Source: Alphaproteobacteria bacterium (GTDB taxonomy: Bacteria > Pseudomonadota > Alphaproteobacteria > Rs-D84). From it: a DNA stretch of 33,269 nucleotides. The stretch covers positions 1 through 33,269 of the forward strand of contig JAFSST010000045.1 of the NCBI GenBank assembly GCA_017450905.1, read 5' to 3'. Below, in pieces: positions 7,725 through 17,007 of this stretch. Below the pieces are notes generated by a model. It made no database searches. It was given only the letters and a program-made list of their open reading frames with translations, and was not told the origin of the DNA. The position numbers were made by a program, and so were the translations under genes. Position 1 is the stretch's first letter. Each line of letters starts with the position of its first letter.

Positions 7725-7961
7725 ATGTTTGGAAGATTGGGCTGGACCGAAATACTGGTAATAGTTGTATTATTGGTCATATTGTTTGGACACAGCAAGA
7801 TTCCAGGGATGATGAAAAATCTTGCCAATGGGATAAATGTTTTCAAAAAAGAAATAAAAAATAAAGACGATAATCAACAAAAAACCGTTACAAAAAAAGC
7901 ATCGGTAAAAACAACCAAATCCAGAAAGGTTGTTAAAAACACAAAAACAAAAAAGAAATAA
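7725..7961 (+). CDS. tatA: Twin-arginine translocase subunit TatA
   Basis: G..EILVIVVLLVILFG..KIP.....LA.GI..FKK; SD AAAGGAG. Confidence 0.92.
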   Translation: MFGRLGWTEILVIVVLLVILFGHSKIPGMMKNLANGINVFKKEIKNKDDNQQKTVTKKASVKTTKSRKVVKNTKTKKK

Positions 7962-7970
7962 TTCGAATAA

Positions 7971-7999
7971 AACAAGGGGCGAAATAATCGCCCCTTGTT
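7971..7999. terminator. Bidirectional terminator between tatA and dksA
   Basis: AACAAGGGGCGA-AATAA-TCGCCCCTTGTT, a perfect 12-bp stem between convergent genes. Confidence 0.8.
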
Positions 8000-8015
8000 G
8001 TTTGTTGTGATAAAA

Positions 8016-8450
8016 TCAAAGTTCACGTTTTTCGTGTTCTTCCTGTTCATCAATGGTCATTGTTGCCAATGGGCGTGCCAACATACGCGACAGACCAATT
8101 TCTTCGCCGGAAATAACACTGTATCCAAATGTTCCGTTTTCAATACGTTCCAACGCCTGGTTTATTTTAAGCAATAAATTATTATCACGTTCAGCCATAC
8201 GAAGTGTCAATGTTGTTTCCTGTTCCAATGTCGCATTGTCGGATTCATCGCCGGCGATACCGGAATTAGCCTTGGTTGTGGCACTGACAGAATTTAATGC
8301 ATTTACGTTTTGATTTAAAATCTCATCTTTCTGGGTGCTTAACAATTGATAAAAATAGGCCAACTGTTCCGGACACATATACGGTTCAGATTTTTTTGGA
8401 ACATATTTCGGTGGTAATACAACAGATTTATAATCTTTCTTTGCAGCCAT
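8016..8450 (-). CDS. dksA: RNA polymerase-binding protein DksA (zinc-free type)
   Basis: YM..EQL.YF, coiled-coil tip DESDNA, KI.QALERIE.GTFGY....GEEIGL.RM.ARPLAT. ATG 8450 follows GGAG. Confidence 0.88.
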   Translation of the reverse strand: MAAKKDYKSVVLPPKYVPKKSEPYMCPEQLAYFYQLLSTQKDEILNQNVNALNSVSATTKANSGIAGDESDNATLEQETTLTLRMAERDNNLLLKINQALERIENGTFGYSVISGEEIGLSRMLARPLATMTIDEQEEHEKREL

Positions 8451-8451
8451 T

Positions 8452-8772
8452 TTATACTCCTTTGAGTTCATCAATCCATGCGGTCAAGGTTTCTTGGTCC
8501 ATCAATCCGCTGCGTGCTTCGACCAATTCGCCATTTTTAAATGCCAAAACGGTCGGTATTCCGCGAATCCCAAAACGGGCAGGGGTTCGCATATTTCCAT
8601 CGTTAACTTCAAATTTAATGAAATTTACATCATCCATATTTTCAGAAGTGCCTTCAAAAATCGGTCCAAACATACGACATGGACCACACCATGGTGCCCA
8701 AAAGTCAACCAAGGTCAGGCCGCTGTTTGTTAATTCGGTGAAGTTTTCATCGGTGGCGTGTTTTACGGCCAT
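8452..8772 (-). CDS. trxA: Thioredoxin
   Basis: VDFWAPWCGPC, GIRGIPT. Confidence 0.95.
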   Translation of the reverse strand: MAVKHATDENFTELTNSGLTLVDFWAPWCGPCRMFGPIFEGTSENMDDVNFIKFEVNDGNMRTPARFGIRGIPTVLAFKNGELVEARSGLMDQETLTAWIDELKGV

Positions 8773-8846
8773 ATTTTTCTCCTTTTGTTATTGATATTTT
8801 GGTTAAGTGTATTATAATCCCGAAAAAAAGCAAGAGAAAACATAAA

Positions 8847-9962
8847 ATGAATAAAATCATATACTTAGATGCGGCCGCATCCGCCTTGAAACCGGATGTT
8901 GTGATTGATACAGAAATCGATTTTTTAAAAAATAAATATGCAAATGCTGGTCGTGGGGTGTGTGCACGTGCGGCGGCGGTTGATGATATGGTTTTATCGG
9001 TGCGTAAAAGTGTGGCAAAATTTATAAATGCTGATACAGACAAAATCATTTTTACATCCGGTGCAACAGACGGTTTGAACAGAATAGCAGATATTATTTC
9101 AAAACAATCGTGGTTTTCGGAAAACTCAACGGTTGCCGTGTCTGATTTGGATCATCATTCGGCACGTCTGCCGTGGCAGGAATTGATGTATCGTGGCAAA
9201 ATTCGCAAAATCCAAGTTATGGAATTGGATGAAAATTTTGACATAAATCTGAATAAAATCCCAAAGGTCGATATTTTGGTTATTACCGCAATGTCAAATG
9301 TTTTGGGTCGTCCCCAAAATGTTGCAGAGATTATCACAACGGCACGCAGAAAAAATCCAAATGTTATAACGATTGTTGATGCATCGCAATACGTTGTGCA
9401 TGAAAAAATAGACGTAAAACAGTGGGACCCAGATTTTCTGGTGTTTTCGGGCCACAAAATTGGTGCGGATACCGGCGTTGGTATTTTGTATATTCGCGAC
9501 AATGAAAAATTTTTCCCCGATAAATTTGGTGGTGGAATGGTGTTAAAGGTATCTGGGACGGAAATGATTTTAAATGGCTCGCCCGAAAAGTGGGAGGCTG
9601 GCACATTGCCATTAACCCAGATTGCTGGATTGAAACCGGCAATTGATTATTTGGAACAACACAGACCAAATTTATGTTTAATAAAATATGCATACGATGA
9701 ATTGTCGAAATTACCACGCATAAAAATTTTAACCAAACGTGATGCTGCGATTTTAAGTTTTAATATCGAAGATATGCACCCATTGGATGTTGGGGCTTTG
9801 TTGGGTGCTGTGGGGATATGTGTTCGTGTTGGAAATATGTGTGCATCGTGGATTCATGGTGTCATGGGAACGGCTGGTTCGATTCGTATATCGATTGGGT
9901 CATGGAACACAATGGACGAAATTAAACGTGCCACAGATGCTATCAAGGGAATTATAAAATAA
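8847..9962 (+). CDS. sufS: SufS-like class V PLP-dependent cysteine desulfurase
   Basis: IYLDAAAS, IIFTSGAT, HHS..LPW, VDASQ, FSGHK (PLP Lys), EAGT, RVGNMCA (catalytic Cys); lies next to sufT and sufE. Confidence 0.87.
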   Translation: MNKIIYLDAAASALKPDVVIDTEIDFLKNKYANAGRGVCARAAAVDDMVLSVRKSVAKFINADTDKIIFTSGATDGLNRIADIISKQSWFSENSTVAVSDLDHHSARLPWQELMYRGKIRKIQVMELDENFDINLNKIPKVDILVITAMSNVLGRPQNVAEIITTARRKNPNVITIVDASQYVVHEKIDVKQWDPDFLVFSGHKIGADTGVGILYIRDNEKFFPDKFGGGMVLKVSGTEMILNGSPEKWEAGTLPLTQIAGLKPAIDYLEQHRPNLCLIKYAYDELSKLPRIKILTKRDAAILSFNIEDMHPLDVGALLGAVGICVRVGNMCASWIHGVMGTAGSIRISIGSWNTMDEIKRATDAIKGIIK

Positions 9963-9963
9963 G

Positions 9964-10278
9964 ATGTCGATTTCAAAGCAAGATATTATTGACGTGTTAA
10001 AAACCATATTTGACCCGGAAATCCCGGTAAATATATGGGATATGGGATTGATTTACGATATTGATATGTCGAACGAATCGGTGATTATAACTATGACTTT
10101 TACAAGTCCGACTTGCCCAATGATGGAGGAATTATTGGCCCAGGTTAAACAATCTGTGGAAAAAGTTGATGGGGTAAAATCGGTTGAGGTTAAATTGGTT
10201 TGGGAACCGGCGTGGGATTTATCAAGAATGTCTGATGCGGCCAAAATAGAATTAGATTTAACGAATCAGGGGTGGTAG
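9964..10278 (+). CDS. sufT: Fe-S cluster assembly factor SufT (DUF59)
   Basis: DPEIPVNIWDMGLIY, MTFTSPTCP, LVWEPAW...MS..AK. Confidence 0.88.
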   Translation: MSISKQDIIDVLKTIFDPEIPVNIWDMGLIYDIDMSNESVIITMTFTSPTCPMMEELLAQVKQSVEKVDGVKSVEVKLVWEPAWDLSRMSDAAKIELDLTNQGW

Positions 10279-10281
10279 TTT

Positions 10282-10644
10282 ATGACGTATGATGATATAA
10301 AAACAATGTTGGATATGGTGCCAAATCCAGTAGAAAAATTGGAGATGGTTATGGATTTTGGCAAAACGTTGGCCCCGGTTCCGTCTGATGCGGTGTGTTC
10401 GGAAATAACCGGTTGTGCATCTTTTGTTCAAATATGTCGCAGGGGAAATAATTTTTTTGGAACGGCTGATTCTGCATTGGTTCGTGGTGTTGTTGCGATA
10501 ATTTTATCCATGGTTGATGGTGTGTCGGTCGATGATATAAAAAAAATGGATTTGGATAAAATGTTTTCCGAATTAAAAATAAACCTTGGGGCGGGTCGTT
10601 TGAACGGTGTTAATTCTATGATTCGTTTTTTGAAAAATTTGTGA
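10282..10644 (+). CDS. sufE: Sulfur acceptor SufE
   Basis: FGK.L, I.GCAS.V, ADSALVRG, R.NG..SM. Confidence 0.88.
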   Translation: MTYDDIKTMLDMVPNPVEKLEMVMDFGKTLAPVPSDAVCSEITGCASFVQICRRGNNFFGTADSALVRGVVAIILSMVDGVSVDDIKKMDLDKMFSELKINLGAGRLNGVNSMIRFLKNL

Positions 10645-10682
10645 TACAATGGTATACAGGATTTTATTCGTAAGGAAAGGCA

Positions 10683-10979
10683 ATGAACGAAGATGAAAAA
10701 ATTTTTCGCATCGGTATGGTGTCTTTTATAATCGTGCTGGGACTAACTTTTGCAATCCAGGTGTGTTACAGGGCACAAAATCGTGAACGCGACAGGGTGC
10801 GGCGTGAAATTGTCCAAACTCAACAAGAGATTGCCGTTGCCCAGGCAAGTTTTGCCGCCTATGTTCGACCCGAGATTTTAAGAAATTTGGTTTCGGGGGT
10901 TGCACCAAATGCCGAAGTGATTAGTTTTCATAAATCGGTTGAAATTGGACAATTAACTGATAGACTGGACCAAAAGTAA
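10683..10979 (+). CDS. ftsL: Cell division protein FtsL-like
   Basis: Short TM plus coiled coil ending AY.RPE.LR.L (alphaproteobacterial FtsL pattern); immediately upstream of ftsI. Confidence 0.7.
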   Translation: MNEDEKIFRIGMVSFIIVLGLTFAIQVCYRAQNRERDRVRREIVQTQQEIAVAQASFAAYVRPEILRNLVSGVAPNAEVISFHKSVEIGQLTDRLDQK

Positions 10980-12605
10980 ATGTTTGAAGTAGGGCGGGAT
11001 ATTTTAAAAAATGCTGGTGTTCGCCGTGGCGATGTATCTGCCGGGCGTGGACGTATGCGTTGGATTCAAAACTTTTTTATATTGGCTTTTGTTATTTTTG
11101 TTGGTCGGACGATGCAATTGGCTCTGCAGGGAACGGACCGCGGTCGTGTTGTTGCTGGGGCTGACAGGTGGGTGGTAAATCGTGCGGATATTGTTGACCG
11201 TAATGGTGATATTTTGGCTAAAAATGTTGTGTCGGGACATATTACATTGCGACCACGCCAGGTCCAAAATCCCGAAGCGGTCGCCGAACTTGTTCATTCA
11301 ATTGCATCATACGAGTATTCGGTATCCCAGGTGTTAAAACTATTAAATTCATCACGCAAATTTATTTACATTAAAAAGTATGCTAGTGAATCACAACGTG
11401 ATACGGTTGCCCGTGCAAAATTAGCGGGATTAGATATTGAATCAATCCAACAACGCAAATATCCAAAAAGACGGTTGTTTTCACACGTTGTTGGTTTTGT
11501 TGGTAATGATGGACGTGGACTGGAAGGTGCCGAACGGACCTATGATAAATATCTGCGTGATAACAAGGAGCCATTACAATTATCATTGGATTCCAGAATC
11601 CAATCCGTGTTTTATGAACAATTATCAATCGCAATGCAGAAATACCAGGCAAGAAATGCGATGGGAATGCTGATGAATACCAGTACTGGCGAAATGATTG
11701 CAATGGTGTCGTTGCCTGATTTTGATCCTGAAAATTTGACGTTGGATTCAACATCTAATCGTTTGTTCAAGCCAATGCGAGCAACGTATGAAATGGGTTC
11801 TATATTCAAGATATTTAATACCGCAATGGCGATGGAAAACGGTATAAACAAGGAATACTATGTCAAAGAAGCATATAAAATTCGTGATAAATTCGGACGT
11901 GTCGCGGCGAAAATTGGCGATGTGGCAAGTTTTAAACCACCGCGTCCAAATTTAACAGTCGAAGAAATAATGTTGCATTCCTGTAATGCTGGTAGTGTTC
12001 AGATAGCACTGGATTTGCCCGATGGAACACAACCGGAATTTTTCCACAGAATGCATTTCGATGAAGTGTTAAATTTGGAATTTGGTCAAACCGAACGCAC
12101 ACTGTTGCCACAAAAATGGGGACCTGTGGAACGTGCAACGGTATCTTTTGGACACGGTATCGCCGTAACACCAATGCATTTGTTGTTGGGGGTAAATTCC
12201 ATGATAAATGGTGGTGTTTATATTTATCCAACGATGAAAAAACGGACGTTCGGGCCTTTACGCGGTGAACGTGTTTTGTCGGATGAAATATCCGCCAGGT
12301 TACGCGGAATAATGTTACGTATAGCCGAAGAAACAACCGCTAAACAGGCAAGAATCGCCGGTATTCAAATTGGTGGTAAAACCGCAACCGCGGAAAAACG
12401 TGTAAATGGAAAGATTGATAAGTTTAAAAACTTAACCGCCTTTGTTGGGATTTTCCCGGTGAATGCACCACAATATACCATTTTAATCGTGTTGGACGAA
12501 CCCAAGGGAACCAAAGAGTCTTTTGGGTTAAGAACCGCGGCATGGAATGCGGTGCCGACCGCTGGGAAAATTTTAGACAGTATACTGCCATTGCTATTTG
12601 AATAA
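10980..12605 (+). CDS. ftsI: Class B penicillin-binding protein FtsI (PBP3)
   Basis: RADIVDRNG.ILA, R.YP, G..GLEG.E, YEMGSIFK (SxxK), SCN (SxN), GKTAT (KTG variant). Confidence 0.9.
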   Translation: MFEVGRDILKNAGVRRGDVSAGRGRMRWIQNFFILAFVIFVGRTMQLALQGTDRGRVVAGADRWVVNRADIVDRNGDILAKNVVSGHITLRPRQVQNPEAVAELVHSIASYEYSVSQVLKLLNSSRKFIYIKKYASESQRDTVARAKLAGLDIESIQQRKYPKRRLFSHVVGFVGNDGRGLEGAERTYDKYLRDNKEPLQLSLDSRIQSVFYEQLSIAMQKYQARNAMGMLMNTSTGEMIAMVSLPDFDPENLTLDSTSNRLFKPMRATYEMGSIFKIFNTAMAMENGINKEYYVKEAYKIRDKFGRVAAKIGDVASFKPPRPNLTVEEIMLHSCNAGSVQIALDLPDGTQPEFFHRMHFDEVLNLEFGQTERTLLPQKWGPVERATVSFGHGIAVTPMHLLLGVNSMINGGVYIYPTMKKRTFGPLRGERVLSDEISARLRGIMLRIAEETTAKQARIAGIQIGGKTATAEKRVNGKIDKFKNLTAFVGIFPVNAPQYTILIVLDEPKGTKESFGLRTAAWNAVPTAGKILDSILPLLFE

Positions 12606-12648
12606 ATTTAAGTTATAATTGTTCTGATAATAAAAAAAAGAGAACAGC

Positions 12649-14403
12649 GTGAGAAAGATAGTAGAAAGGTCCATGTTGGGACACGCATGGATTACGGCAG
12701 GTGACCAGGATTTACCTTTTGTTGGCGAAGAAGAATTGTTACGACATATATTGGTGGGGCGTGGTATTGCCGAATCGGATATCCAACATTTTTTGAATCC
12801 GTCTGTCAGGGAATATATGCCGGACCCGTTTGTTTTGCGTGATATGCAGGCCGCGGTCAAAACAATAACCACTTCGATAGTCAATCATGAAAAAATTGCT
12901 GTTTATGGCGATTATGATGTTGACGGAATTACATCCACGGCGATATTTGTAAAGTATTTGCGTGCCATTGGTGCGGATGTTATTTGGCATTTGCCAACAC
13001 GTGAAGGCGAAGGATATGGTTTGAACGTTGATGCCGTGCGTGAATTGTATGACAATGGGGCCAAAATTTTAATAACGGTTGATTGCGGAATCAGTGGTAA
13101 TGTCGAGGTTGGTGTTGCGAAATCTTTGGGGATGCGGGTTGTGATAACGGACCATCATTCGCCCGATAACCAGATTCCGAACGCTGATGCGGTGGTTAAT
13201 CCTAAACGTGATGATGATGATTCTGGGTTGAACTATTTGGCGGGTGTTGGGGTTGCGTTTCTGACACTGGTTGCATTAAATCGTGAATTAAAAAATTTAA
13301 ATTCGCCGGAATTTTCTGAAAAACTTAAATCGATAAATTTGTTGAATTTGTTGGATTGTGTCGCGTTGGGAACCATTTGTGATACGATGGCGTTGGTCGG
13401 GTTGAATCGTGCATTGGTCGCAACCGGGTTAAAGGTTATGGATTTGCGTCAAAACCTGGGGCTGAAAACATTGATGGATGTTGCCAAGGTTAAAAAGATG
13501 TCTGTTTATGCCGCGGGATTTGTGTTGGGGCCGCGATTGAATGCTGCGGGGCGTTTAGATTCTGCATCGCCTGCGTTGGAATTATTATTAACGGATAATC
13601 CTTTGATTGCGTATGATTTGGCAACAAAATTGGATACAATGAACCAGGAACGCATAAATATACAAAATGCAATAATGACCCAGGCCACAGAAATGGCAAA
13701 TAAATGTTGTCATCAAGGTAATTGCAGTTTGTTTATATGTGGTGACAATTGGCACGGTGGTGTTATGGGAATTATTGCCGGCCGATTAAAAGACCAATAT
13801 AATTTACCAACGTGTGTTGCAACGCGTGCGGACGGTATGATAAACGGGTCTGGACGTTCTGTCCCGGGCGTAAACTTGGGGGAAATTATACACGAAGCGT
13901 TGGCACTTGGATTGATTTCCGAAGGTGGTGGTCATGCGGCGGCGGCGGGATTTTCATTGCGTTCCGACCAGGAAAAAGTTTTTTGTGAATTTTTAGAAAA
14001 ATCTGTATTGAAACAATTGGGTGGTGAAATACCTGTGTTGGATGTTGTCGTTGATGCCCAGATGGATGCATCGGGTGCAACGATAAATTTGATTAACTCG
14101 TTGAATCAAATGGAACCTTTTGGCCAGGGAAATCCCGAACCTGTATTAGTTTTGTATGGGGCTGTTTTGCATCATGCGGTTGTAATGGGACACAGCGGAA
14201 CGCATTTGCGTGGTGATTTTATAACATCAAATGGGACCCGATTGAACTTTGTTGGGTTTAATTTGGTTGGGACACCGGTTGGTAATTTTTTACTGGACGA
14301 TGCGAACATAAACACTAAAATAAAGTTATTGGGTCGATTACAGAAAAACGATTATAACGGACGTGTTACGGCACAATTCGTTTTAGAAGATATTGCGTTA
14401 TGA
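12649..14403 (+). CDS. recJ: Single-stranded DNA exonuclease RecJ
   Basis: YGDYDVDG, EGYG, TVDCG, TDHH, GTICD, PRLNAAGR, GSGRS, GGHAAAAG, EPFGQGNPEP. Confidence 0.95.
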   Translation: MRKIVERSMLGHAWITAGDQDLPFVGEEELLRHILVGRGIAESDIQHFLNPSVREYMPDPFVLRDMQAAVKTITTSIVNHEKIAVYGDYDVDGITSTAIFVKYLRAIGADVIWHLPTREGEGYGLNVDAVRELYDNGAKILITVDCGISGNVEVGVAKSLGMRVVITDHHSPDNQIPNADAVVNPKRDDDDSGLNYLAGVGVAFLTLVALNRELKNLNSPEFSEKLKSINLLNLLDCVALGTICDTMALVGLNRALVATGLKVMDLRQNLGLKTLMDVAKVKKMSVYAAGFVLGPRLNAAGRLDSASPALELLLTDNPLIAYDLATKLDTMNQERINIQNAIMTQATEMANKCCHQGNCSLFICGDNWHGGVMGIIAGRLKDQYNLPTCVATRADGMINGSGRSVPGVNLGEIIHEALALGLISEGGGHAAAAGFSLRSDQEKVFCEFLEKSVLKQLGGEIPVLDVVVDAQMDASGATINLINSLNQMEPFGQGNPEPVLVLYGAVLHHAVVMGHSGTHLRGDFITSNGTRLNFVGFNLVGTPVGNFLLDDANINTKIKLLGRLQKNDYNGRVTAQFVLEDIAL

Positions 14404-15362
14404 TAACAACAGAACAGATAAAAATTTTTGATGAAAAACTGCGTGTGGCGAACACGATTGTTTTGTGTGGACATAAAAATCCTGATGGTGATGCATTGTG
14501 TTCGGTATTGGCGTTGGCACATTTAATAGAATTGAATTATAATAAAAATGTTGTTTGTACCTATGACGGCAACATTCCGGATTTTTTGGATAATGTCCCA
14601 TTACGTAAAAAAATTCGTTATTTTGAACGTGTTGATGATATTGATGCGGTTGATGTCGCAATAGTTATGGATTATGGTGCGATAAAAAATATCGGTGGTC
14701 CCAAGGTTTTTACCGACAAGGCCGGTTTTATAATAGAAATCGATCATCACATAAATAACGAGAAAATAGGTGCGTTGTGTATTGATGATGTGTCTGCTGC
14801 GGCAACGACCGAAATAGTTTATGAATTGATGAAGACGGCGGATTGGCAATATGATGCATTTATTTTGGAACTTTTGATGACCGGAATAATTACGGATACC
14901 GGGCATTTCAAGTTTGTTAAAAATGGAAATGTTATGCGGGTTGTTGCTGAATTGGTTGATGGTGGCGTAAATATCAGACGCATTATGGACAGTTTGGAAA
15001 ACAAATCGCGTAAGACTGTTGTAATCGAATCTGTTGCCGCCGGTCGTGCAGAATTCTTTTTCAAAAACAGATTGGCGTTCGCATATATTGATTCGCGTGA
15101 ATATCGTAATTTGGATGGTCGTGGTGAAACTGTCCTTGGGTTGTTACAGCAAATACACGGTGTCGATTATGTCGTCTTGTTAAAGGAGCAAAAGCCCGGA
15201 CAAATTGGCATATCGTTACGTGGACGGTTTAAGCCTGTGAACAAAATAGCCGAGGCTTTGGGTGGTGGTGGACACGAATTTGCCGCGGGTGCCGTTGTTA
15301 TGGACAGTTTGGAAAATGTAAAAGCATTAATTTTAAAAATGTTTCAGGAGGTTATAAAATGA
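14400..15362 (+). CDS. nrnA: DHH family oligoribonuclease/pAp phosphatase NrnA
   Basis: H.NPDGDA, IDHH, GIITDTG.F, ISLR, GGGGH..AAG. Confidence 0.88.
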   Translation: MITTEQIKIFDEKLRVANTIVLCGHKNPDGDALCSVLALAHLIELNYNKNVVCTYDGNIPDFLDNVPLRKKIRYFERVDDIDAVDVAIVMDYGAIKNIGGPKVFTDKAGFIIEIDHHINNEKIGALCIDDVSAAATTEIVYELMKTADWQYDAFILELLMTGIITDTGHFKFVKNGNVMRVVAELVDGGVNIRRIMDSLENKSRKTVVIESVAAGRAEFFFKNRLAFAYIDSREYRNLDGRGETVLGLLQQIHGVDYVVLLKEQKPGQIGISLRGRFKPVNKIAEALGGGGHEFAAGAVVMDSLENVKALILKMFQEVIK

Positions 15363-15973
15363 TGCGTTTTTTTGTTGCGATTATTGCGATTTGTTATACG
15401 ACACTTTCATTTGCATCGGTTGATTCAAGTTTGGTAACAAATGCGGAAAAATATCTGAATTCAATTACTGGTTTGACCGGGGATTTTGTTCAAACAAATA
15501 ATGGCAAGAAAGAGCAGGGCAATTTTTCAATGCTGCGTCCGGGACGGGTCAGGTTGGATTACAAAAATATGCCGGTTCAATTAATGGCTGATGGTTCGGA
15601 TTTATATTTTTATGATAAATCATTGGACCAAATTACAACGGTTCCTTTGACCAGTACGCCGGCCGGGATTTTAATCAGAAAAAAAATTGATTTAAGAAAC
15701 GCGGATATCAACGTTATTGATACAATGGATAATAAATCAACGTTCGCGTTAAAAATGAATTTGCGTGGCCAAGAAGGTCTTGGGAATATGACGGTTACGT
15801 TTAATAAAAAGCCATTGGGATTAAATTCGTGGACTATATTTGACGCGGTCGGAAACAAGACGGATGTCGAATTTAAAAATTTGAAAACAAAAACGAATTT
15901 TGGAAAAAATTATTTCCAGATACAACGTCATAAAACCATTACAACCAGTGGCGGTGATGATTTTTACGATTAA
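15359..15973 (+). CDS. lolA: Outer-membrane lipoprotein carrier LolA
   Basis: Signal peptide, YLNSI......F.Q, RPGRVRLDY, YD..LDQ....PL..TP (alphaproteobacterial LolA pattern). Confidence 0.88.
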   Translation: MMRFFVAIIAICYTTLSFASVDSSLVTNAEKYLNSITGLTGDFVQTNNGKKEQGNFSMLRPGRVRLDYKNMPVQLMADGSDLYFYDKSLDQITTVPLTSTPAGILIRKKIDLRNADINVIDTMDNKSTFALKMNLRGQEGLGNMTVTFNKKPLGLNSWTIFDAVGNKTDVEFKNLKTKTNFGKNYFQIQRHKTITTSGGDDFYD

Positions 15974-15975
15974 AA

Positions 15976-16257
15976 ATGTTTGGAATAAGTTGGGCTGAAT
16001 TTTTAGTTATTTTATTGGTCGCGATTTTGGTTATACCAACGCGATATTGGCCTGATGTTGCACGAGTTTTGGCACGTATTGTGAAATATATTCGTGCCAT
16101 AATTTGGCGATTGACCGATGCGTCTGAAAAAATCAAAGAACAAATCGAATTGGAAAAACCGATTGATGATATTATGCGGCGGACCAGTCAAGAAGTTATG
16201 GATACGTTTTCCGTAAAAAAACCAAAAACAAAGAAAACGCGGATAGTCAAAAAATGA
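15976..16257 (+). CDS. tatB: Twin-arginine translocase subunit TatB
   Basis: MFGISWAEFLVILLVA, amphipathic helix; overlaps the tatC start. Confidence 0.82.
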   Translation: MFGISWAEFLVILLVAILVIPTRYWPDVARVLARIVKYIRAIIWRLTDASEKIKEQIELEKPIDDIMRRTSQEVMDTFSVKKPKTKKTRIVKK

Positions 16258-16958
16258 AGAAAATGACACTAATGGAACATTTTTCCGAATTGCGACACCG
16301 TATATTGTTTGCGGTTGGTTTCTTTATCATTGTGTTTTGTGGCGGGTGGTTTATCGCACCATATATCCAGGAATTTTTAACCGCACCATTGTTAGCGGTT
16401 TGGGGTGATGGGCAATTGTTATATACCGGGTTGACCGATGGTTTGATGATTCAGTTGTCATTGGCACTGCTGGTTGCGTTGATGTTAACTGTTCCGGTTG
16501 TATTGTGGCAAATTTGGGCGTTTATCAGTCCGGGGCTGCATCAAAATGAACGGCGTTTTATTATTCCTATATTTGTTTTATCGCCTTTATTGTTTTTGGT
16601 TGGTGCGGCGTTTGCGTTTTATGTTTTGTTTCCGGTTGTATTTGGATTTTTTATTGAATTAAATGAATCTGCACCGGTCCCGGCGTTGATTATGCCGGCC
16701 GTTCGTGATTATATCGGTTTTTCTATCAGGTTATTAAAGGTCTTTGGAATTGCGTTCCAATTGCCGTTAGTGTTGGTGTTATTAAACAGGGTTGGCATAT
16801 TGGGCCGGGAACGTGCCGTAAAGATGCGGCGTTATGCGATTGTTATAATTGTTATTGCGGCGGCGATTCTTACGCCACCTGATGTTGTATCCCAGATTTT
16901 ATTGGCGTTGCCCATGTGGGGATTGTTTGAATTAAGCATTTTGTTTATGCGGAAATAA
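16254..16958 (+). CDS. tatC: Twin-arginine translocase subunit TatC
   Basis: EH.SELR.R, QIWAFISPGL..NE, FGIAFQLP, RRYA, LTPPDVVSQ. Confidence 0.95.
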   Translation: MKKMTLMEHFSELRHRILFAVGFFIIVFCGGWFIAPYIQEFLTAPLLAVWGDGQLLYTGLTDGLMIQLSLALLVALMLTVPVVLWQIWAFISPGLHQNERRFIIPIFVLSPLLFLVGAAFAFYVLFPVVFGFFIELNESAPVPALIMPAVRDYIGFSIRLLKVFGIAFQLPLVLVLLNRVGILGRERAVKMRRYAIVIIVIAAAILTPPDVVSQILLALPMWGLFELSILFMRK

Positions 16959-17007
16959 AGAGTTGATAGCATTTTATTTTACGTATTTTTTGTGATATAA
17001 TTGATGT

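Noticed and set aside
8803-8817. CtrA box (TTAA-N7-ATAA), and the half-site TTAACCAT at 20671
   Set aside because: Imperfect matches are expected by chance in AT-rich intergenic DNA.
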